DNA of 32,000 nt from Candidatus Saccharimonas sp. (lineage in GTDB: Bacteria > Patescibacteriota > Saccharimonadia > Saccharimonadales > Saccharimonadaceae): assembly GCA_015256915.3 (NCBI GenBank), contig CP076101.2, forward strand, positions 510,001 to 542,000, given 5' to 3'. Positions within the stretch are counted from its first letter, which is position 1; each line of letters starts with the position of its first letter. The position numbers and the translations under genes were made by a program. Positions 1 to 5,627 of the stretch are shown here, one piece after another. The notes under the pieces are model-generated. The model did not search any database. It was not told where the DNA came from and saw only the letters and a program-made list of their open reading frames with translations.

Positions 1-433
1 CACTCAAAAATGCTACCATAGTATACATTCTAGCTTCCTGCGAATATCTAATTAGCATCGGTGAAATTGCAAGAAAACCGCTTGCCAATAGTGAAATTTT
101 CTTATTATAGAGTCTTTTTACCAAAAAATATGCCAAAATTATAGTTAAAATACCAAAAAATACAGATAGACTCCTCAATGCAAAGTCGCTAGAGCCGAAA
201 AATACACTCCAAATCTTCAATAAAAAATAGTAAAGCGGTGGATGAACGTCAACAGATGTGTAATGCCAAATCTCAGCAAAATTAAAACGAATTATGTAAG
301 CCGAAAAAGCCTCATCGAACCAGATTGAGGCTTTCGAAATTGTTAAAAAAACAAGGGTTAAAAATCCTGAAATAATTCCCAGAAAAGCAATTTTAGAGCG
401 GCACTCTTTAAATCTCGAAAAAACCATACCCAT
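1..433 (-). CDS. Integral-membrane glycosyltransferase, GT39 / ArnT-PMT-like (GT-C). Only the N-terminal ~144 codons are present because the gene runs off the window start.
   Basis: Absent from the ORF track because there is no stop in the window. My translation from ATG 433-431 reads MGMVFSRFKECRSKIAFLGIISGFLTLVFLTISKASIWFDEAFSAYIIRFNFAEIWHYTSVDVHPPLYYFLLKIWSVFFGSSDFALRSLSVFFGILTIILAYFLVKRLYNKKISLLASGFLAISPMLIRYSQEARMYTMVAFLS and stays open to base 1. A TM helix followed by 'FDEA', a 'DVHPPLYY' loop and 'RYSQEARMY' is the usual N-terminal layout of ArnT/PMT-type transferases. Confidence 0.6.
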   Translation of the reverse strand, partial: MGMVFSRFKECRSKIAFLGIISGFLTLVFLTISKASIWFDEAFSAYIIRFNFAEIWHYTSVDVHPPLYYFLLKIWSVFFGSSDFALRSLSVFFGILTIILAYFLVKRLYNKKISLLASGFLAISPMLIRYSQEARMYTMVAFLS

Positions 434-442
434 GATAAATCT

Positions 443-451
443 ATTATATCA
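443..451 (-). promoter_or_regulatory. Extended -10 promoter TGATATAAT for the GT39 gene, with a predicted leaderless transcript
   Basis: The minus strand reads TGATATAAT (451->443), then 9 nt (agatttatc), then ATG at 433. There is no GGAG between them. Confidence 0.5.
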
Positions 452-484
452 TAGCTTTTAGCTTTTCGAAATATTAAAAATTAC

Positions 485-1756
485 CTATAAATCGCTTGGT
501 AGCGGAAAATTTCTAGCAAAATCTGCAACTTCTCTTTTAATTTCGGTAAGTTTTTTAGAATCTTCACGGTATTTAATTGCAAGATCCATCCATTCAGCAA
601 TTTTTGCCATCTCGATTTCCTTCATTCCACGCGAAGTTACAGCTGGCGTTCCAAGTCGGATCCCGCTTGGTGCGAACATAGACAAAGTATCATTAGGAAT
701 CGAATTAGCGTTTAAAGTTAGGCCAATTGCATCCATTGCGCGTTCGGCAGTTTTCCCATCAATTCCAAAACTTGCATAAATATCAACTAAAATTAAGTGA
801 TTTTTTGTACCTCCGGTCACAAGTTTAAAACCTCTTTTCGAAAGCTCTTCAGCCAAAAAATGAGCATTCTTTACTACCTGTTGAGCATAAATTTTAAATT
901 CAGGCTGAAGTGCTTCATAAAAAGAAATTGCTTTTGCCGCAATTGAGTGCATTTGTGGGCCGCCTTGAGTTCCCGGAAAAACACTGCGATCAATTAAAGT
1001 TGGTAAATTTTCAAGAGTTTTTTCTGGTTTTTTGAGTGGATTCCCCACTTTTCCATTCGAAAGAATCATTCCGCCACGAGGGCCACGGAGGGTTTTATGT
1101 GTTGTAGTTGTCACAACATTAAAACCATACTCAAATGGGTTTTTCGAAACACCTCCAGCAATCAATCCAGCGATATGTGCTACATCCGCCATCAACATTG
1201 CTCCATATTTTTTGCCAATTTCAGCAATTTTAGCATAATCAATTTCGCCAGGATATGCAGAAAATCCCACAAGAATAATTTTTGGCTTATATTTTTCAGC
1301 TAATTCTTCAATCTGCTTATAATTAATTTCACCATTTTCATCTAAGCCATATCGCACAAAATTATAAATCTTACCACTACGCGTTACTGGTGAGCCATGT
1401 GTTAAATGACCGCCCTGAGATAAATCCATACCTAAAACCGTATCGCCAACTTCTAGCCAAGCATTATAAACCGCCTCATTAGCATTTGCACCACTATGTG
1501 GTTGGACATTCGCATGATCACAATTAAAAAGCTGTTTTGCGCGTTCGATCGCTAAACTTTCAATGATATCAGTATTCTCCTGACCGCCATAATATCTTTT
1601 CCCTGGGTAGCCTTCAGAATATTTATTCGTTAAGACCGAGCCAAGCGCCGCCAATACTTCTCTTGAAACATAATTTTCACTTGGAATTAATTCCAAGCCT
1701 TCTCGCTGACGATTTTCTTCATTTTCAATTACGTCAAAAATCTTTTCATCAAACAT
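485..1756 (-). CDS. glyA: Serine hydroxymethyltransferase
   Basis: 423-aa ORF with SHMT hallmarks: LELIPSENY, YSEGYPGKRYYGG and the PLP-lysine motif TTTTHKTLRGPRGG. SD AAGGAGAG (1770-1763) lies 6 nt upstream of ATG 1756. Confidence 0.95.
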   Translation of the reverse strand: MFDEKIFDVIENEENRQREGLELIPSENYVSREVLAALGSVLTNKYSEGYPGKRYYGGQENTDIIESLAIERAKQLFNCDHANVQPHSGANANEAVYNAWLEVGDTVLGMDLSQGGHLTHGSPVTRSGKIYNFVRYGLDENGEINYKQIEELAEKYKPKIILVGFSAYPGEIDYAKIAEIGKKYGAMLMADVAHIAGLIAGGVSKNPFEYGFNVVTTTTHKTLRGPRGGMILSNGKVGNPLKKPEKTLENLPTLIDRSVFPGTQGGPQMHSIAAKAISFYEALQPEFKIYAQQVVKNAHFLAEELSKRGFKLVTGGTKNHLILVDIYASFGIDGKTAERAMDAIGLTLNANSIPNDTLSMFAPSGIRLGTPAVTSRGMKEIEMAKIAEWMDLAIKYREDSKKLTEIKREVADFARNFPLPSDL

Positions 1757-1891
1757 AAAAAACTCTCCTTAAAAATTAAACTTTTTGAAACTAAAAATAT
1801 AAAAAACCGTCGCTATATCATATTTTTAAGTATACCATATTTTTTAAAAATAAAAAAATTCTTAGAAAACTTGTTTTTATTATACCATAAG

Positions 1892-1900
1892 TGATATAAT
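1892..1900 (+). promoter_or_regulatory. Extended -10 promoter TGATATAAT for the HTH-murA gene, with a predicted leaderless transcript
   Basis: TGATATAAT at 1892-1900, with a possible -35 TTGTTT at 1871-1876 (18-nt spacer). Only 6 nt (tatttt) precede ATG 1907 and there is no SD. Confidence 0.55.
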
Positions 1901-1906
1901 TATTTT

Positions 1907-3436
1907 ATGAACGAAGAACAAGCCTATTTAGAAAAAATCGGGAAGCTTATTCAAGAATCCCGCTTACACAAGAATTTAACTCAAGTTGAGCTTGCTGAAA
2001 AAATTGGTACCTCACAAAGCGCAATCAACCGAATTGAAAGCGGTAAGCAAAATATAACTATTGAAATGCTTGCAAGGATTTCAGAAGAACTTTCGAGCGA
2101 AATTATATCTGTCAATTCAAATAAGAAAACTAATTTTCGTGTTCATGGTGGCCGCGAACTTTCTGGTGAAATTGAAGTTAAAACTTCAAAAAATGCCGCC
2201 GTCGCTCTACTTTGTGCTTCTCTTTTAAATAAAGGAAAAACGATTCTTCGCCGCGTTGCTCGAATTGAAGAAGTTAATCGAATTATTGAAGTTTTAAATT
2301 CGATTGGCGTAAAAACTAAATGGCTAAATGATGAAAATGATCTCGAAATTATACCTCCTAAAGAATTATCTTTCGAAAATATGAATATTGAATCCGCCAA
2401 AAGAACACGTAGTATTCTAATGTTCCTTGGTCCACTTCTTCACCAATATTCAGACTTCGAAATACCTTTTTCTGGTGGGTGTAATTTAGGAACACGCACA
2501 GTTGAGCCACACCTTTCTGGATTAAGATATTTTGGCGCAAATGTTACAGCACAAACTGATTTTTACAAAGTTTCGAACAAACCAAAAAAAGTTGAGAAGC
2601 CAATACTTTTGACCGAGCGCGGAGACACAACAACCGAAAATATAATTATGGCCGCAGCACTTTCTGGCCAAGAAATTACAATTCGAAATGCTAGCCCAAA
2701 CTATATGGTGCAAGATTTATGTTTCTTTCTCGAAGAGCTTGGCGTTAAAATTGAAGGAATTGGAACAACAACCTTAAAAGTTCATGGATTAACAAAAATC
2801 GAGAAAGATGTTGAATATTATGTAAGTGAAGATCCTATTGAATCTTTAACTTTCGTGGCGGTTGCGCTGGTTACAAATTCTGAAATCACTATCAAACGTG
2901 CGCCAATCGAATTCAACGAACTTGAACTTGCAACCCTCGAACAAATGGGTGCGAATTTTGAAATTAGCCCCGAATATTTTTCGAAAAATAAAAAAACGCG
3001 CCTCGTGGATATCAAAGTTAAAACATCAAAACTTCATGCCGCAAAAGATAAAATTCACGCGCTACCATTTCCTGGTATAAATATGGACAATTTACCTTTT
3101 CTTGGATTAATTGCAACTGTCGCGGAAGGTCGAACCTTGATTCATGACTGGAGCTACGAAAACCGTGCAATTTATTTTACCGAGCTCTCCAAGCTAAATG
3201 CCAAAATTGAACTTGTTGACCCGCATCGTGTTTATATTTCTGGCCCAACAAAATGGAAACCTGCAGACGTTATTGCGCCAAGCGCCCTTCGCCCAAGTGT
3301 TGTAGTTTTAATCGCAATGCTCGCTGCGCCAGGAATTTCAACCTTGCGAGATGTTTACAATATTAATCGCGGCTACGAAGATTTTGCAGAAAGATTAAAT
3401 TCACTCGGCGCAAAGATCGAAACTTTATTTTCATAG
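1907..3436 (+). CDS. murA: UDP-N-acetylglucosamine 1-carboxyvinyltransferase (MurA/EPSP-synthase fold) with an N-terminal XRE-family helix-turn-helix domain
   Basis: Residues ~8-65 (LEKIGKLIQESRLHKNLTQVELAEKIGTSQSAINRIESGKQNITIEMLARISEEL) form a classic XRE/Cro-type HTH. From ~75 onward the protein is MurA-like. It carries FRVHGGRELSGEIEVKTSKNAAVALLCASLL (Lys22-equivalent KNAA), the catalytic loop FSGGCNLGTRTVEPH (Cys and Arg present), PGINMDN, and C-terminal INRGYEDFAERLNSLGAKIE. Confidence 0.85.
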   Translation: MNEEQAYLEKIGKLIQESRLHKNLTQVELAEKIGTSQSAINRIESGKQNITIEMLARISEELSSEIISVNSNKKTNFRVHGGRELSGEIEVKTSKNAAVALLCASLLNKGKTILRRVARIEEVNRIIEVLNSIGVKTKWLNDENDLEIIPPKELSFENMNIESAKRTRSILMFLGPLLHQYSDFEIPFSGGCNLGTRTVEPHLSGLRYFGANVTAQTDFYKVSNKPKKVEKPILLTERGDTTTENIIMAAALSGQEITIRNASPNYMVQDLCFFLEELGVKIEGIGTTTLKVHGLTKIEKDVEYYVSEDPIESLTFVAVALVTNSEITIKRAPIEFNELELATLEQMGANFEISPEYFSKNKKTRLVDIKVKTSKLHAAKDKIHALPFPGINMDNLPFLGLIATVAEGRTLIHDWSYENRAIYFTELSKLNAKIELVDPHRVYISGPTKWKPADVIAPSALRPSVVVLIAMLAAPGISTLRDVYNINRGYEDFAERLNSLGAKIETLFS

Positions 3437-3440
3437 TTAA

Positions 3441-3465
3441 AAAGACTCCCAAATTGGGAGTTTTT
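3441..3465. terminator. Bidirectional rho-independent terminator between murA (+) and the 139-aa gene (-)
   Basis: aaaagACTCCCAaatTGGGAGTtttt: a 7-bp perfect stem (3445-3451 / 3455-3461) flanked by an A-run and a T-run. Confidence 0.7.
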
Positions 3466-3884
3466 CAATTATTAAATCCTTTGTGCAATTCACAATAATT
3501 TATCGTATTTTCAAGAATCGAGTTCGCAGCAGGAAACTCAAATGTTGATCTATCTTCAAGTTTTTTAACAAGAAAATAAATAAACTTCAAGTTAAATTTG
3601 ATACAAGAAATCCCGCTCGGTTTTTCACCACTCAAAATTTCGAAGATTGTTAGAAGTTCAATATCGACATCAGAGCTTTCCGCTCCACAGTCCTCTTCAA
3701 GCAGAACTTCAGCAGCCTGAATTAGTGAACTTTTAATCGCCTCCAAGAGATTATTCTCATTTTGATCATCAAGACTACTGCAAAAGCTTGGGTGATGAGC
3801 CCTAAAACAATCAAGAGTATCTTGAAAAGCCTCATCCATCTTTTTTGATATGATTTCTGTAAGGTTCAATTTAAATTTAGCCAT
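3465..3884 (-). CDS. Hypothetical small acidic cytoplasmic protein (139 aa)
   Basis: The ORF has a strong SD: AAGGAGGA (3898-3891) lies 6 nt before ATG 3884. The protein is rich in D/E, has 5 Cys, and shows no signal peptide or recognisable motif. Confidence 0.6.
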   Translation of the reverse strand: MAKFKLNLTEIISKKMDEAFQDTLDCFRAHHPSFCSSLDDQNENNLLEAIKSSLIQAAEVLLEEDCGAESSDVDIELLTIFEILSGEKPSGISCIKFNLKFIYFLVKKLEDRSTFEFPAANSILENTINYCELHKGFNN

Positions 3885-3946
3885 TTTTATTCCTCCTTGG
3901 CAAAAAATCTATATAATACTATATCATACTTTAAAATTTTAGTCAA

Positions 3947-3967
3947 ATAAAAAAAGAGCCTTAAGCT
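3947..3967 (-). terminator. Weak terminator-like hairpin downstream of tRNA-His
   Basis: The minus strand reads GAGCttaagGCTC followed by TTTTTTTA. The stem is only 4 bp. Confidence 0.3.
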
Positions 3968-3977
3968 CAAATTTACT

Positions 3978-4055
3978 TGGGGCGAATGATGGGGTTCGAA
4001 CCCACGGCCTCCGGTGCCACAAACCAGCGCTCTAACCAGCTGAGCTACATCCGCC
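3978..4055 (-). tRNA. tRNA-His (anticodon GUG) with encoded G-1 and 3' CCA
   Basis: Hand-folded from the minus strand: G(-1) GCGGATG TA GCTC AGCTGGTTA GAGC G CTGGT TTGTGGC ACCGG AGGCC GTGGG TTCGAAC CCCAT CATTCGC C CCA. The anticodon loop is TTGTGGC, and G-1 opposite C73 is the His identity element. Confidence 0.9.
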
Positions 4056-4099
4056 ACAACTTCAACCATTTTAACACATTAAAACCTGAAAATCAAGCT

Positions 4100-4567
4100 T
4101 TAAAATTTTGGCTTAATTTGTGGGCGAAAACTTTGCGCAACATTTTGAGAGCTTGAAGTTTGCGAGCTGTAAAAACCCGCTATTCCGGTTTGCTGAACCT
4201 CGCCGAGACCACTTTTCGTCATTCTTATTTTTGTCGACCGATCAATCTGATCATTCGAAAGTGTATTTTTTTGTCTATTTAGATTTTGCTGAAAATAATT
4301 TGAAGCCCTTTCTTCTCTTTTGGCTCTAATCTGATCAAGAGCCGATCTTAAACTTTCCATTTTAGTTTTTTGTGCCATCCTTAATTGACCGAGTTGAGAA
4401 TCTCGATATGAGCGTACTTTCGAATTTCTATAATCAATCGCTTGGCGCTGTGCAAAACTTTGTGAGCTTGCAGCGCCAATTCTTCCACCAGACTGAGCTT
4501 TAGCGTATCCGCTAGAATGAGAAACTTCTTCAAGACTTGATTTTACAACATAATCATTTAATTTCAT
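4100..4567 (-). CDS. Hypothetical basic protein rich in Q/S/R, probably low-complexity or disordered (155 aa)
   Basis: ATG at 4567 lies 6 nt downstream of TGCTAATAT (4582->4574). No TM segment or catalytic motif is visible. Coding status rests on ORF length and the promoter context only. Confidence 0.5.
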   Translation of the reverse strand: MKLNDYVVKSSLEEVSHSSGYAKAQSGGRIGAASSQSFAQRQAIDYRNSKVRSYRDSQLGQLRMAQKTKMESLRSALDQIRAKREERASNYFQQNLNRQKNTLSNDQIDRSTKIRMTKSGLGEVQQTGIAGFYSSQTSSSQNVAQSFRPQIKPKF

Positions 4568-4573
4568 AATACT

Positions 4574-4582
4574 ATATTAGCA
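4574..4582 (-). promoter_or_regulatory. Extended -10 TGCTAATAT for the 155-aa gene (leaderless geometry)
   Basis: The minus strand reads TGCTAATAT, then agtatt, then ATG(4567). Confidence 0.45.
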
Positions 4583-4609
4583 TAAACGTATTATTTTTTC
4601 AAAAAAGTC

Positions 4610-4638
4610 TTGCTTTTATAAAAAATGTTTGTTATAAT
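4610..4638 (+). promoter_or_regulatory. Sigma-70 type promoter for tRNA-Gly
   Basis: TTGCTT (4610-4615), a 17-nt spacer, then TATAAT (4633-4638) preceded by TGt. The mature tRNA 5' end lies 9 nt downstream. Confidence 0.7.
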
Positions 4639-4646
4639 AATCTCAT

Positions 4647-4721
4647 GCGGGCGTCGTATAACGGCTAATATACCTGCCTTCCAAGCAAGTGATGAGAGTT
4701 CGATTCTCTCCGCCCGCACCA
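4647..4721 (+). tRNA. tRNA-Gly (anticodon UCC), CCA encoded, discriminator A73
   Basis: Hand-folded as GCGGGCG TC GTAT AACGGCTA ATAT A CCTGC CTTCCAA GCAAG TGAT GAGAG TTCGATT CTCTC CGCCCGC A CCA. There is one C-A mismatch in the anticodon stem. Confidence 0.85.
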
Positions 4722-4747
4722 TTTGATCTTTTTTGTTTTAGCACAAG

Positions 4748-4769
4748 CCTCCATTTTCTGGAGGTTTTT
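4748..4769 (+). terminator. Rho-independent terminator after tRNA-Gly
   Basis: CCTCCAttttcTGGAGG followed by TTTTT. Confidence 0.7.
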
Positions 4770-4810
4770 GCTTTTAGAAAAATAATCATATAGACTTTTT
4801 TAAAAAAACT

Positions 4811-4819
4811 TGATATAAT
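4811..4819 (+). promoter_or_regulatory. Extended -10 TGATATAAT for tRNA-Arg
   Basis: TGATATAAT at 4811-4819. The tRNA 5' end at 4832 lies 12 nt downstream. Confidence 0.6.
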
Positions 4820-4831
4820 TGTTCTAGGTAC

Positions 4832-4908
4832 GCCCCCGTAGCTCAGTGGATTAGAGTAAGAGGTTTCTACCCTCCTGGCCGTAGGTTCGAGTCCTACCGG
4901 GGGTACCA
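4832..4908 (+). tRNA. tRNA-Arg (anticodon UCU), CCA encoded
   Basis: Hand-folded as GCCCCCG TA GCTC AGTGGATTA GAGT A AGAGG TTTCTAC CCTCC TGGCC GTAGG TTCGAGT CCTAC CGGGGGT A CCA. Confidence 0.85.
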
Positions 4909-4922
4909 AATTATTTTATTTT

Positions 4923-5441
4923 ATGGAAATTATCTTTTACTCAATATCATTTATTATCGGCATAATTATTGCCGCTTTTCTTTTAACTATATTTTTTTGG
5001 CGCACCGTATGCCCCAACATATAAATCAGATCTTTTCAAACTCTTCGAAACAATAAATCTTTCTAAAGAAGACGTCCTCGTAAATATCGGTTCTGGTGAT
5101 GGAGTTGTTTTAAAAGTCGTAAACAATTTTAATGCAAAAACTATAGGTTTTGAAATTAACCCTTTTCTGGTTATAATTTCAAAAATTAAACTTAGAAAAT
5201 ATCAAAACTACCAAATTTATCTTAAAAATTTTTAGAAAGCCTTCCCGATTTCAAACATTACTGTATTCTATACTTTTGGCTACGCCGAGAGGATTGAAAA
5301 AATGCTAAAGCTTGATCAAATTCAGGCAAATTTTTAAAAATACCTCCACTTTTTATTAACTATGGTTTCGAAATTAAAAATTTAAAACATTTTAAAATAT
5401 CAGGCACACATTATATTTACAAAATTCAGCCAAAAAAATAA
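4923..5441 (+). pseudogene. Decayed small membrane-anchored class I SAM-dependent methyltransferase, disrupted by two homopolymer frameshifts and one in-frame TAG
   Basis: Frame A (4923-) gives MEIIFYSISFIIGIIIAAFLLTIFFW and then stops. After the 7-T run (4992-4998), the +1 frame from 4999 reads GAPYAPTYKSDLFKLFETINLSKEDVLVNIGSGDGVVLKVVNNFNAKTIGFEINPFLVIISKIKLRKYQNYQIYLKNF, which contains SAM motif I (VNIGSGDG) and the post-I motif GFEINP. It ends at TAG 5233-5235, resumes as KAFPISNITVFYTFGYAERIEKMLKLDQIQANF, and ends at TAA 5335-5337. After the T5A5 run a third frame reads IPPLFINYGFEIKNLKHFKISGTHYIYKIQPKK up to the stop at 5439-5441. Confidence 0.7.
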
Positions 5442-5471
5442 TCAAAAAGTCTTTTTTTTCACAATTAAATA

Positions 5472-5480
5472 TGCTATAAT
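5472..5480 (+). promoter_or_regulatory. Extended -10 TGCTATAAT for tRNA-Lys
   Basis: TGCTATAAT at 5472-5480. The tRNA 5' end at 5490 lies 9 nt downstream. Confidence 0.6.
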
Positions 5481-5489
5481 GTGAATATT

Positions 5490-5566
5490 GGGCCAGTAGC
5501 TCAGCCGGTTAGAGCACCTGCCTCTTAAGCAGGGTGTCGAGGGTTCGAGCCCCTCCTGGCCCTCCA
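5490..5566 (+). tRNA. tRNA-Lys (anticodon CUU), CCA encoded, discriminator U73
   Basis: Hand-folded as GGGCCAG TA GCTC AGCCGGTTA GAGC A CCTGC CTCTTAA GCAGG GTGTC GAGGG TTCGAGC CCCTC CTGGCCC T CCA. Confidence 0.88.
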
Positions 5567-5581
5567 AAATTTGAAAAAAAT

Positions 5582-5617
5582 AAATCAGCAAGAATATCTA
5601 TCTGCTGATTTTTATTT
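5582..5617. terminator. Bidirectional terminator shared by tRNA-Lys (+) and the Clp-like ATPase gene (-)
   Basis: AAATCAGCA agaatatctatc TGCTGATTT forms a 9-bp stem with U-tracts available on both strands (tttattttat on +, attttttt on -). Confidence 0.7.
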
Positions 5618-5627
5618 TATATTAGCT

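Noticed and set aside
1032-1303. Two 68-aa plus-strand ORFs inside glyA, plus similar short antisense ORFs inside murA, polA, trxB, pheT, pheS, argS and the ATPase
   Set aside because: All are nested antisense or out of frame within genes that have strong homology signatures. Such ORFs are typical in AT-rich DNA.
3887-4069. 60-aa ORF on the minus strand
   Set aside because: It is the translation of the tRNA-His gene and its flanks, so it is not a protein gene.
4643-4909. 88-aa ORF on the minus strand
   Set aside because: It runs antisense through tRNA-Gly, its terminator and tRNA-Arg, so it is an artefact of the GC-rich tRNA sequences.
3465-5566. Integrated mobile element or genomic island at the tRNA cluster
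   Set aside because: There is no integrase, recombinase or transposase ORF, and I found no direct repeat of any tRNA 3' end. The only non-tRNA content is two small ORFs and a decayed methyltransferase.
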